DNA of 64,000 nucleotides from Octopus bimaculoides (Eukaryota), in NCBI RefSeq assembly GCF_001194135.2, contig NC_068986.1:115882216-115946215 (forward strand), given 5' to 3'. A model generated the notes under the pieces. The model saw only the letters and a program-made list of their open reading frames with translations, had not been told where the DNA came from and did no database searches. Positions 30,130 through 42,471 of the stretch are shown here, piece by piece. A program made the translations under genes and the position numbers. Within the stretch, counting starts at the first letter, position 1; each line of letters begins with the position of its first letter.

Positions 30130-31110
30130 CAACCTGCAGCTGATGGCTGTTCACCAGAGCAGGAGGAATACAAAGAGAAAACATGCAAGCAAGAAATATG
30201 GATTATGGGTAGGTGTATGGAATGTCAGGACACTTCTTGATTATGAAGGGTCAAAGTAACCCTCAACAGCGAACTGGCATAATAGCCAAGGAGTTGGCTA
30301 ACATTGACATTGCTGCACTCTCTGAAACTGTCAACAGTTTCAGAGAGTGACAGACAAATGGTGGTCAGATATTTCTGAAAAAATCCAGAAAGCGTATAAC
30401 AGTAAAGACCTAAAAATAGTTCTATCACTTGATTGGATAAGTGTTTGGTCCTCGGTCTTCATTTGTGGTACCACTCAAGTCTAAAGACAGCAGCTTTCTC
30501 TTCAAGGATCATGAGGGTATCATGAAACAGTGGACTGAGCACTTCACTGATCTCTTTTATAATCCTTCAGTTATTGATGAAAATATCACACCCCAAAAGG
30601 ATATCAATCATGAGATGTTGGAACATCCAACTATAGATGAGATCAAAAAGACAATCAAAGAATTCAATACTGGGAAGGCACCAGGTCTTGAAGGTATTCC
30701 TGTTGAAATTCTCCTCCACAGGGGTAAAAGGTAAAAGATCCACCATCTAATATCAGACATCTGGTTGGGTGCTCCTGTTCCCCAGGATTGGGTTGATGTC
30801 ATTTTAATTTCATTGTTCAAAGGAAAAGGATTCAAATCTGAGTGTGGCAATTACAGAGGTATAAGCCTGCTTGAAATAGTTGGTAAGGTTTTTGCAAAAC
30901 TTTTATTTAATCGGCTAACAATATGGATATGCCCCTCTATCATCCCGGAGAGTCAGTGTGGTTTTAGATCAAGTTGTGGTACAATGGACATGATTTTTTC
31001 CTGCTTGTCAACTCCAGGAGAAATGCATTGAATATTGCATAGTTCTTTACCAGGTATTTGTCGATTTAACACACGCCTTTGACACTGATAATAGGACCAA
31101 CATTAGGGAG
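30130..31110 (+). mobile_element. Old degraded RTE/BovB-like LINE (endonuclease and RT remnants)
   Basis: Remnant peptides IDIAALSET, GKAPGLEGIPVE, GNYRGISLLEIVGKVFAK, PESQCGFR and FVDLTHAFDT, with stops and frameshifts. Confidence 0.85.
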
Positions 31111-31713
31111 GTTGTCTTGTACCCTGGAAAACAAAAGGGTTCACACTGCTCTAGGTTATTACTGTTGATTTGGGGAATTCAGTAGAATGGGTAGAAGAGC
31201 AGGTGATGCACAAAGGTGAAATGTATCAAGAAATAATTAGGTTATGTTAGGAGAAATAAAATGATTGGAATGACATTGTGATAGAAGAGACAGAGCTAGA
31301 GGGAGTAATGGAAGAGATACTGTAATAACGGGGAGACAGTAAGAAGAAATAATGGTGAAAAATAATGGGAGAGAGAATAACGGATAGCTATAGAAATGGT
31401 TGGCTGTAAGAGAGTGTGATGGATGTCAATAATGAGGGGAGAGGTGGTGACCAGTAGAGAAGGACATTGTTTAGTGGATTCTGAATGATGAATAGTCAAG
31501 ATGGGGAGGATACGAGGGTGATGGATGTCTATAAAAAACTCACAAGGCGAAAGGAGTGATGACTGGCAGCATAAGGGGTTAAATGATGGTGAGGGTGCAG
31601 TGGATCTGATGCAATTGCTATTTCCTTAGGCATTGTAATGTGTGTGTTGTGGAGTAAATTTGGTACAAGTGGTAGCGAGAGTGTGGAAAGGAATATCAAA
31701 CTCCAGCAATGAT

Positions 31714-31977
31714 AATGTACATTATTTACATTTGATGGATATTTGTCCACATCTTGTCGACACAACATTTCAGCTGATATACCCTCCAGCCTTCATCAGG
31801 TGTCTTGGGGAAATTTCAAACCTGGGTTCTCATTCCGAAGGTATTTTTCGATATTATTATTATTTTTATTATTATTCAGGTTACTGCCTGGAATGATGGG
31901 GTTAGTAGCCTGCGCTCTTAACCACTATGCCATTTGCCCACGGGCATAGTGGTTAAGAGCACAGGCTACTAACCCCA
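31714..31977 (-). mobile_element. tRNA-headed short element with minimal hammerhead motif (copy A), with an inverted duplication of the head
   Basis: Aligns with 39641-39879. Has a tRNA-like head, (AAT)n linker and hammerhead core at 31759-31804. Confidence 0.75.
31759..31804 (-). ncRNA. Minimal hammerhead motif in the tRNA-headed element
   Basis: GACAC CUGAUGA A GGCUG-gaggguauau-CAGCU GAA AUGU U GUGUC. Perfect 5-bp stem I. Confidence 0.65.
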
Positions 31978-32679
31978 AGGCTATACACAAATACATAGGT
32001 GCATAGACATGACAAACTTCCACAAGCAACTCTTTGGCTATACCACAGGCTGAGGCATATTTCTTTTATCATTCTCAGTTCCAACCTTTCTTCCACATGC
32101 TTCTGCCATCTCCAACACGAAGCATTCTCTGCTGCCCATTGCCTCTCAAGTTGGACATTCAGAATAGTCCCATGTCAGCCTTATAATCAGAATTGTTTGA
32201 ACAGTGGCCCTCACTCCTATCAGACATAGAGTATCTAAAACATCATCTAATGGGCTATTCTGGTTTTAAAAGCCTTGGGTGAGATTTGAGATTTGGTTGG
32301 TATTTCTAGCAGATCAAGCAACCTTGTGGAAGTGCATTAGTTGGTTCATGGAGCTACAGATTGAAACCTAAGCCATCTCACCTTCACTAGAAGTACTGTA
32401 TAATACCAATTTTCTGTTTACCTCAAACTTTAGACGTTTCCTTTCATATTACTTTCTCAAGAATCAACTTGACAACCAGTATTTTTGCACCAAAATGAAC
32501 TACACCATATATACACAAATATCTGGGATAATTCTTTAACGTCTGAAACAAAACAAATTAAAAAAATTATATATATATACAAAGTTATATATATCTATCT
32601 ATACAAAGTATATTTGTGTAGGTGTTTGTATTAAAAATCTGACAGAAAAAAGTTTCTCAATTTAATATCAACATGTCGT

Positions 32680-33010
32680 TAGTTACTTCCCTTGTTGAAA
32701 AATAAGTTCTCGTGAGAATATTGTACGTTAGTTCTTGACTATACGTGACCAAATAACATCCCGTTACATTATTTTATTCTAAACATCAATAACAGTAATT
32801 AATACTGATTATTAATTATGATCATTTACATAATTATAAAATATGAAGAATAATAATATTTAGTCAAAAAATCTTAAGAAATTTGTGAGAGTGTATGCAG
32901 TTATCTCCCCTCGGAAGGGAGGTGTTTGTATTTCAAGGTCAAAGTCCAACTGCAAGATGGCGACTAGCCTTGTCTGTTTGACAGACAGTCGAAGTAGTTG
33001 TGAGTGGAAA
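32680..33010 (+). promoter_or_regulatory. Orphan promoter-like island (TTCTCGTGAGAA, ACGTGAC, YY1-type CAAGATGGCG, downstream GTGAGT donor)
   Basis: Motifs read directly at 32707-32718, 32953-32962 and 33000-33005 in non-repetitive, CpG-richer DNA. Confidence 0.35.
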
Positions 33011-34591
33011 CAGGCTGTTGACTGGGAAACACTGACCGAAAAACCTATCTAGTTTTGCCAAACTGTAGCTGAAAGTTCAAAGGAAATCATTGTGACGGAT
33101 TTAAAGAAAGAAAAGAGGCCGATCATTGAGAAGAGAGGCCTAGAAAAGTTGACGTGTCACCGGAGAATGCTAACAGAAGGAAAAGCCTCCTCCTCTCACT
33201 TTCTCTCGCCTCTCAACAACAACATTTAGCGCTAAACAATCCGTTGATCATAGAATACTACTTGCTATTGGTCCTTCTTCCCTTCATTACAATACTTGTC
33301 TATCTTCCCAATTATCTGATATTTCTATGTATAATCTATGTAATTATCTCTCTATAAATAGATATTTATTAGGAATCAAACTTTACTGACAGTTATATAC
33401 ATATCTGTTTATCATTCCTATATATATAAACACATACAATATTTTTATCTCTCTGTGGACATCTTCAGACTTCATACAAACAGTCTGTCAATATGATGTG
33501 TGAGTATAAATATAATATATACACACACGCGCGCATATAACTTATCTTCTCTTCCGATAACGAACTGTTAAATCAGTGATCGGTCAGTATCGCAGAACAG
33601 GGTCGAACCTACACACACCCACCTTAATCAGACCGGTGATAAAACTATTGCTTATATCTCTCCATGACCACCACCGCCACCATCATCATTACTCGGTCAC
33701 TCGTTCTTTTCTTCCTCGTGTCCATGGAAGCAAACACCGCTTCTCTCTATTGTCCGTCACTGACCAAAAGGCGAAGTTGTCTCTGTCACACGACACATTC
33801 CCACCCATCACTAGGTTGATCTCATGATGACAATGTCTATCATCTACACTGCTTCAAATAACACAACCACTGATATATCAACACTCCAACCACAACAAAT
33901 ACAGGCAACACCACCACCACCACCACCACCACCGTCACCGAGAACTCGCTAAATATTTAACCAGATAGTAACCACTACAAAAAGGCAAAACATACGACCA
34001 TCGCTATTGTGGAAAACTCTTCCTTTACTACTACAATCAACCTAACATTAAACTTATCCATACCACCAGTATTTCCCAAGCATACGTCTTCAGACCTCCA
34101 AAAACAAAAAGAAAAAAAAAACGAAAAAACCCCCAAAAACCCTACTGAATTCCCCATCTCACAACCGCTGCTGCCATCCCTGACCACTACTTTGGTATTC
34201 AGTGGTCATCTCGCCATCCTAACTTGACCGGTGTGGAGGAGAAGAAAAAAATAGAAATATAAAGATTATTGCGAGGTGCTCGGAAAGACGATAAAGAAGG
34301 AAGTTACTCACACCGCCAACATCTCCCCGAACCTGTAGGTGTGATTAGTGCGACACACAGACAGACATAGGTGTGTATGTATACACAACTAGATATTTCT
34401 CTATATACAGTTGTCTATGGATCTATAACATCTCATGTGGAACTTGGTAAGTCTGTTTTTTTTTTCTGTACACTGTCCTATATATATATACACCCACTCT
34501 TACTCATTTGTCATATATATATAAATACAGAATATATGTATATATATATAAACGTTGATACCGACGTGTGTATGTGTATACATGTATTTTC

Positions 34592-34626
<35 letters not shown>

Positions 34627-35575
34627 AATGAAGTCGTTGCTGATGTGTGAGTCTGTCAGTGTTTAAATGTTTTATTTAAGCGAATGTGTGTAAGCGTGCC
34701 TATATGTATATATATACACACACTTCCAGACGTACGTATAAGACTGCAACAGTCCAAGCGGGTGTTGGTTATCGGAAACAAAGTTCCAGGCAAGATACGT
34801 TCCGGCATTTAAATACGGCTGTACGTTTTGAGTTCAAAACCCGCTAGAATCACTTTTCCGCGGTCGATTTTATCATCTATGTGTGGCCTCAACCTGCTCA
34901 GACAGTTGTCAAATGTTCCTCGAATCACGCCCTTGCCTCTTAAGTAAGGAAAGACACATTATACAATGTATTCCTTGATATATATATATATATATATANN
35001 NNNNNNNNNNNNNNNNNNNNNNNNNNNNNNNNNNNNNNNNNNNNNNNNNNNNNNNNNNNNNNNNNNNNNNNNNNNNNNNNNNNNNNNNNNNNNNNNNNNN
35101 NNNNNNNNNNNNNNNNNNNNNNNNNNNNNNNNNNNNNNNNNNNNNNNNNNNNNNNNNNNNNNNNNNNNNNNNNNNNNNNNNNNNNNNNNNNNNNNNNNNN
35201 NNNNNNNNNNNNNNNNNNNNNNNNNNNNNNNNNNNNNNNNNNNNNNNNNNNNNNNNNNNNNNNNNNNNNNNNNNNNNNNNNNNNNNNNNNNNNNNNNNNN
35301 NNNNNNNNNNNNNNNNNNNNNNNNNNNNNNNNNNNNNNNNNNNNNNNNNNNNNNNNNNNNNNNNNNNNNNNNNNNNNNNNNNNNNNNNNNNNNNNNNNNN
35401 NNNNNNNNNNNNNNNNNNNNNNNNNNNNNNNNNNNNNNNNNNNNNNNNNNNNNNNNNNNNNNNNNNNNNNNNNNNNNNNNNNNNNNNNNNNNNNNNNNNN
35501 NNNNNNNNNNNNNNNNNNNNNNNNNNNNNNNNNNNNNNNNNNNNNNNNNNNNNNNNNNNNNNNNNNNNNNNNTAC

Positions 35576-35609
<34 letters not shown>

Positions 35610-35660
35610 AGTTGGGGTTCGGCGGCAACATCGTAGAGGAAATAATAATTAATAACACAC

Positions 35661-35867
35661 AAGGTTGTTAATTTAACTTTAAAATTTAATTATAATTGAA
35701 GGAGAGGAGAATTTTTCGTCGTACAACTGCGGCCTGGCCACTGACAGGATTTCACACCCAAAAGCACCTGTGATTGAACTGTGTTATTGCCCAGGTTGCA
35801 GTTGTACGATGAAAATTCCGATGCCTTTTCAGTGATGATTAAATTTTAAAGTGAATTTAACAACCTT
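35661..35867. repeat. Foldback/MITE-like inverted repeat
   Basis: aaggttgttaatttaactttaaaatttaat...tcgtacaactgc...ctgg pairs with ccaggttgcagttgtacga...attaaattttaaagtgaatttaacaacctt. Confidence 0.8.
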
Positions 35868-36767
35868 CTGTGATAGTAAATGGCTGTTCTGCGATGTTTT
35901 AGCTTCAGTTTCAACCACACTGTCTCATGAGAGGATCCAATACTGGGTATAGAATTGACTTTATCTATATTAAAGAGATAGACTGTAACTTCAAATTTCG
36001 TCTGTCGAGACTTCTTCAAACAATTATAAATATCTTCACTACTCTTACATGGAGTTTTTTTCTACTTCAAAGGAGACTATTAACAAATTATGTGTGTGTG
36101 TGTGGGGGTATGTGTGGTGTAAACATGTATGAATACACAGCTACACGTGCACATCTTTGGGATAGTTTCCTGGTTTAAATTCACCAAATTTCTTGTTTCT
36201 CACCTTGACTGTCAGAAATATAAATTTACTTTAAACTGAACACCAGTTTTAGAGCAAAATTAATACGGAGCCCAGAAACAATGTATCTTGTCAGATTTAT
36301 AGTTAAATTCCTTTGTTTACAAAGGTATAATGTTTAATATTGTTTTATATCATACATTTCAAATCTTTAATATGAATCTGTGTGTGCTTGCCTATTCTTT
36401 CTCTCTCTTTTTTTCTTTTTGTCTTTATTTTCCAAATTTCTTATTAGAAAAAGAACCGGCTTCTCCATTGGAATTTAGACATCCGCCCGGTAATGTTTGT
36501 GTGTGTTATTGCATATATGTATCTATAATTTGATTTGTACGAATACATACCTACATGTCTATATGCGTGCGTGTACCTGTTACAGGCTGATCTTCTCAAA
36601 TGTTTTACATATCTCCACAGTTTCATTAATGGCTTGTAACTGTAATTTGTTAATTAGTTTCTCAAGGCTGATGCTGAGACACATTTACATAACCAGGTGT
36701 TTTAATAATCACAGGTGAAAACTTATAATTCAGGTGTGGTGCCTGCAGATTTTTCCTTAGTTTAGAT

Positions 36768-37058
36768 CAATGTTTCTTAACTATTTTCTTACCTATGAAG
36801 CCCTCTAATTCCTATTTTAATCCACTTGGCCCTCATCATATCTATTCAACGTTTAAAAACGTCCTATTATATTTTTATTAACTAAATATTACTAGAAATT
36901 GCATTAAAAATTTCAAAAATATTTTGTCTATTGTTGTTATAGAGCCAACTTAATGCACATAAATTTAAACAGCAAAATTTGACAGGGACCCCCACAAGGG
37001 CCATATTTTATATGGACTCCCCCACAAGGGCCATATAGACCCTGGTTGAGAACCACTG
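36768..37058. mobile_element. Non-autonomous hAT (Charlie-like) MITE
   Basis: Termini CAATGTTTCTTAAC...GTTGAGAACCACTG form an imperfect CAGTGGTTCTCAAC TIR. Flanks gtttagat/ctccagac resemble the nTCTAGAn target site. Confidence 0.6.
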
Positions 37059-37759
37059 CTCCAGACGTTTTATTCTCTTCTCTACTTTTGTACAAACTTT
37101 CTTTACTCTTTGCCTGATTATTGTGTCTGGTCACTTGTGCCTGGTCACTTGTGTCTGTTTTTTTTTATAAAGGATTAGACAGGAACATTCCTCCAGTATT
37201 ATCCTTCATCTTTTACTTGTTTCAGTCATTGGACTACGGTCATGCTGGGGCACCACTTTGAAGAGCTTAGTTGAACAAATCAACCCCAGTAATCTGCTTT
37301 TTAAAATTTTTTTGTACTTATTCTTTTGCTGAACCACTAAGCTGTGGGGATGTAAACAATGTGACACTGGTTGTCGAGCAGTGGGCGGGGATAAATACAC
37401 ACACACACTGGCACATGTGCCGGTGACACGTGAAAAACAACAGTTGAGCATGGTCGTTGCCAGTGCTGCCAGACTGGCTCCCATGCAGGTGGCACATGAA
37501 AAACACCATTTGAGCGTGGCCGTTGCTAGTACCGCCTAACTGGCCCTCATGCCGGTGGCATGTAAAAGCACCCACTACACTCTCGGAAGGGCATCCAGCT
37601 GTAGAAACTCTGCCAGATCAGATTGGAGCCTGGTGCAGCCATTTGGCTCACCAGTCCTCAGTCAAATCATCCAACCCATGTCAGCATGGAAAAGCGGACA
37701 TTAAACGATGATAATGATGATGCTACCATACAGTTTCTGTCTACCAAATTCATTCACAA

Positions 37760-37782
37760 ACCCTAACCTAACCCTAACCCTA
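37760..37782. repeat. Short telomere-like (CCCTAA)n tract inside a SINE
   Basis: a-ccctaa-cctaa-ccctaa-cccta. Confidence 0.55.
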
Positions 37783-39095
37783 TAATAGAAGACTCTTGCC
37801 CAAGGTACCATGCAGTGGGACTGAACCTTTAATCACGTAGTTGTAAAGTGAACTTCTTAACCACACAGCCATCCCCTCTACGTCAGTGTAAGTTCTTATA
37901 TTTTATTCTTCAGGACTATCCTGTCTACAAATTGCATTGTGTAGTGTTTTGGCCACTACATCATACCTGATCAACAGATAATGCTTTGATGATGTTTTTG
38001 AACAATTGCTTATCTCCTCAGGGACATCTTTGGTGTAAATTGTACAGAATCTGCATCAGTTGTTACAACTAGAGGTGCTTTATCTACAGTGCTACTGCTT
38101 TTGTACATCAGGTATTTTGTTAGGGTTAGCAGAAGACCTGTGCCTAAGGTACCATCCTGTGGGACTGAACCTGAAACCATGTGGTTGGGAAGCAAACTTC
38201 TTAACCACACCCATGCCTGCAGCTGTATTCAACCTCAACGTAGAGGCCCGGGATGAAGCCAGGTTAACTATTGCATCAGTTATAGTCTCTGGAGCTTTGG
38301 CAAATCAAAGGGCCTCAATGAAATCAAATGCTTTCTTGTAATCCTGCCAGTCTCTACCCAAGTTCCTCTTCTGCTGATCTTTCTTTTTTTGTTGATCAGG
38401 AGTTGCTCAGAACATCTTGAAACATTTTTTTCCCCAACTGTTTGTTCAACTGTAATGATGTTAGAAAATTACCATTCTTAAATCTCACAATATGAGATAT
38501 CCAGCAACAGTACTTTGTAGTAAAGATTATTTACCAACATAACATGGCAGTCCTGGTTTAGGACGAATGTTGCTGTAATTTAGCCCCAGGAGACATCGTC
38601 TCCAGCTGGCTACACAACACGATCTGTGTCATTACATTTTCGAACAAAGAAATCTAGCACCCCCACTCAGCTCAAAACAATATTGTTTTGAGCTGAGTGA
38701 GGGGTGTGTGTGTGCTAAATTCCCTTGTTAAACAATGATGGCATTGAATTGGCCAATAGTTCTTCCCCATGTCAGTGATTTCATTCTTTACTTCCTGGCT
38801 TCTTTTGGCCAATGTCAGCTTGCTGATAGAAAGTCAGCTTTTGTGCCAGTAACTGACAGCCAAGTCTCTTCCTGGTCTTTTGCTATCCTGAATGTTTTCC
38901 TTTTTTTTTTTTACTGTCTCTGTAGGTGCAAGTGTGGTTGTAGTATGGTTGAGAAACTTGTTTCTCAACCATGTGGTTTTGGTTTCAGTCTTGCTACATG
39001 GTACCTTGGGCAAGTGTCTTATGTTTATAACATCTTATCAAACAAAGCCTTGTGGGTGGATTTGGTTGACAAAAACTTGAGGGAGCCCATCATGC

Positions 39096-39129
<34 letters not shown>

Positions 39130-39640
39130 CCACACACACATCCAGTTGTAGAAAAATCTGCCTCAACAAATTCCATCTGATCAATGAAGCATGAAAAAGT
39201 GGGCGTTAAATGATGATGATGTTAATAAGTGTCAAGAACGTCACCATTGGCCCTGTATACTTCTAGTCCCATCACTTCTTGGTCAAGCAACTTCCATCAC
39301 AATCCTGAATAGGGACCACTATTATTGACTGTCTTCTTAGAATGGTTTCTGAATGTCTTGTTAATTAGTCTTCTTTTGGCTAACAGCTTTTAATTACTGT
39401 TTTGAAGAGGATCAGTTTCTTGCAGAAGTTCTCTTATGGTGAGACGTGTGTGTGTGTGTAACATTTTTTAATGTCCCCTTTCTGTGCTGGCATGAATTGG
39501 GTGATCTGACAGGAGCTGGCTTTGCTGTCTGCTTAGGCATGATTGTTGCCCCTCCTAATGCCAACCACTCCTATTGAGTGATCAAGATTAATTGTAGTTT
39601 TCTTTGATGAAATCTTTCGTGTTGTATTTGTTGATATATT

Positions 39641-39879
39641 CATTATTTACATTTGACGGATATTTGTCCTCATCTTGTTTATTGTTAACACAATGTTTTG
39701 GCTGATATACCCTCCAGCCTTCATCAGGTGTCTTGGGGAAATTTCGAACCTGGGTTCTCATTCCTAATGTATTTTTTGATGTTGTTGTTATTATTATTAT
39801 TATTTAGATCACAACCTGGAATTGAACTTGTAATCTTGGGGTTAGTAGCCCATGCTCTTAACCATTACGCTATATGCCC
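39641..39879 (-). mobile_element. tRNA-headed short element with minimal hammerhead motif (copy B)
   Basis: A box TAGCGTAATGG, B box GTTCAATTCC, (AAT)n linker and hammerhead at 39687-39732 (G12A). Confidence 0.75.
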
Positions 39880-40524
39880 ATTGATATATTGTTCAAACAA
39901 GTTTCTTGCTTATGGAGCAGTTTGGAGAGTATAGCATCTTGTAATTTAAGACTCGTGTTTTGAGTCACAGGGGTCGTCGTATATATACACACATGCACGT
40001 GGAGCCCCCTAGCAATGTGGAGATAAAATCAGTTTTTCATAGTATTTTGCAGGATTAAATGTTTGAAGTTGAAATTAAAGAATAAGGAAAAAGATGCATA
40101 GGATATACATATTTAAAAATTTCACTTTGCTAATTTATTACAAAGGTCTTAGATACATAGATATATAATTAGTGCTTAAGCACTCATTTTTCATCCCATC
40201 TATAACCTATTTAAAATGGTAATGGTGCTTAGATTTTCATATCCAAAATTTGTCCTGATAACAATTTATTTACGTCATTTGAATTAACTATGTATTTTTG
40301 TATATTAATTATGTAATTATATTGATTGTGATGTCTATTTCAAGTTCTATTGCAGAACTTAAAATGAAATTTTGAAATATCAATGAAACCTTTGCCTATA
40401 TATATATATATATATATACACTGGAGTAAGTACATAAATGTGAAACAAGGTGGAAAAAAGAGTACTCAAATACCAGAGGTAGAGTAATATGCATTATTTA
40501 AAAGCAGCAGAAATATAACAAAAG

Positions 40525-40562
40525 CTGTTACTTAGAGTTTCTCGTTCCCATTCGTCGGACAG
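40525..40562 (-). ncRNA. Degenerate minimal hammerhead-like motif (U4C)
   Basis: CUGU CCGACGA AUG-ggaa-CGA GAA ACUCUAAGU A ACAG. Stems I and III are recognisable; stem II has decayed. Confidence 0.3.
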
Positions 40563-40654
40563 TTTTGTTTAAATAAAGTATAATATATATATTATTCAGG
40601 GCATGCAGGACTATTTTGTCCTCATATGGGACAATCTCACTGGTGCTGATAGTA

Positions 40655-41800
40655 TCAGGTCATTCTGAATGAAATATCTGATTTTGAATTGAAAGTTTAT
40701 TTTACTTTATCTCAACGAAAAACAATGCAGTTAATCAAAGTATGCACCTAAATTATCAACACAATTTTGCCATTTTATCAGGAGCTTATTTATCCCTGCA
40801 GCGAAGAATTCTGGAGAGCAAGAGGTGATGAAACCACGAAAAGCTGTTTTTGCATCTTCTTCAGATTTGAAGTTTTTTCCTTGCAAAAACTTGTCTAATA
40901 CCTGGAAAACATGACAGTCAGCTGGTGCAAGGTCTGGTGAATACGGTGGATGACAGAGTACTTCTAAGTTCAGTTCCTGTAACTTGAGTAGCATTCTATA
41001 TGCAATATGTGGCCGTGCATTGTCTTGCAAGAGAATTGGCCTGTCTCCNNNNNNNNNNNNNNNNNNNNNNNNNNNNNNNNNNNNNNNNNNNNNNNNNNNN
41101 NNNNNNNNNNNNNNNNNNNNNNNNNNNNNNNNNNNNNNNNNNNNNNNNNNNNNNNNNNNNNNNNNNNNNNNNNNNNNNNNNNNNNNNNNNNNNNNNNNNN
41201 NNNNNNNNNNNNNNNNNNNNNNNNNNNNNNNNNNNNNNNNNNNNNNNNNNNNNNNNNNNNNNNNNNNNNNNNNNNNNNNNNNNNNNNNNNNNNNNNNNNN
41301 NNNNNNNNNNNNNNNNNNNNNNNNNNNNNNNNNNNNNNNNNNNNNNNNNNNNNNNNNNNNNNNNNNNNNNNNNNNNNNNNNNNNNNNNNNNNNNNNNNNN
41401 NNNNNNNNNNNNNNNNNNNNNNNNNNNNNNNNNNNNNNNNNNNNNNNNNNNNNNNNNNNNNNNNNNNNNNNNNNNNNNNNNNNNNNNNNNNNNNNNNNNN
41501 NNNNNNNNNNNNNNNNNNNNNNNNNNNNNNNNNNNNNNNNNNNNNNNNNNNNNNNNNNNNNNNNNNNNNNNNNNNNNNNNNNNNNNNNNNNNNNNNNNNN
41601 NNNNNNNNNNNNNNNNNNNNNNNNNNNNNNNNNNNNNNNNNNNNNNNNNNNNNNNNNNNNNNNNNNNNNNNNNNNNNNNNNNNNNNNNNNNNNNNNNNNN
41701 NNNNNNNNNNNNNNNNNNNNNNNNNNNNNNNNNNNNNNNNNNNNNNNNNNNNNNNNNNNNNNNNNNNNNNNNNNCTATCCATGGGTTCACAAAAATTGAT
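40655..41800 (-). mobile_element. Mariner (Tc1/mariner) transposon, mostly hidden by an N gap
   Basis: C-terminal ORF 40731-41030 has QDNARPH, HPPYSPDLAPAD and ..GAYFD*. A possible ATG at 41782 gives a span of about 350 codons. TA plus a putative TIR lies at 40653-40680. Confidence 0.88.
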
Positions 41801-41940
41801 TTACAAGAGAAAACTCACAATATAATCAGACACCATGAATTGCATTTCGAAAAGTGAAGATGTAATTCTTCAATGTTGTAAAACAAAGAATTGTCAGGAT
41901 TAAACATTAGAATTAACGACTGTCAAACTTGGTGCATATG

Positions 41941-42215
41941 AAAAGCTCCACGAGGCCCTGGCAGGGAATGGTGGCAAACCCTGCAGTACTCTTTCACCAC
42001 AACTTTCTCACCCTCTTTCTTCCTGTTTCTGTTGTGCCTGTATTTGAAAGGGCCAGCCTTGTCACACTCTGTGTCATGCTGAATCTCTTTGAGAACTATG
42101 TTAAGGGTACACGTGTCTGTGGAGTGCTCAGCCACTTGCACGTTAATTTCATGAGCAGGCTGTTCCGTTGATTGGATCAACTGGAACCCTCGTTGTCATA
42201 ACCAACTGAGTGCCA
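41941..42215 (+). mobile_element. 5'-truncated copy of the SINE at 11308-11739
   Basis: Direct sequence similarity (gtggagtgctcagccacttgcacgttaattt...). Confidence 0.8.
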
Positions 42216-42471
42216 TGATATAATATGTGTATGTATGTGTATGATGATGACGATCTGAGTGGCTACACTCTCCGAGTGGTTGGCGTTAGGAAGGGCATCC
42301 AGTTGTAGAAACTCTGCCAAATTAGATTGGAGCCTGGTGTTGCCATCCGGTTTCACCAGTCCTCAGTCAAATCGTCCAACCCATGCTAGCATGGAAAGCG
42401 GACGTTAAACAATGATGATGATGATGATGATGATGTATATGTATATTATGTATATATATTATATATACTGC

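Noticed and set aside
39800-39879. tRNA-like cloverleaves here and at 2650-2723, 11670-11739 and 31890-31940
   Set aside because: These are SINE heads with broken acceptor or anticodon stems, fused to repeat bodies, not functional tRNA genes.
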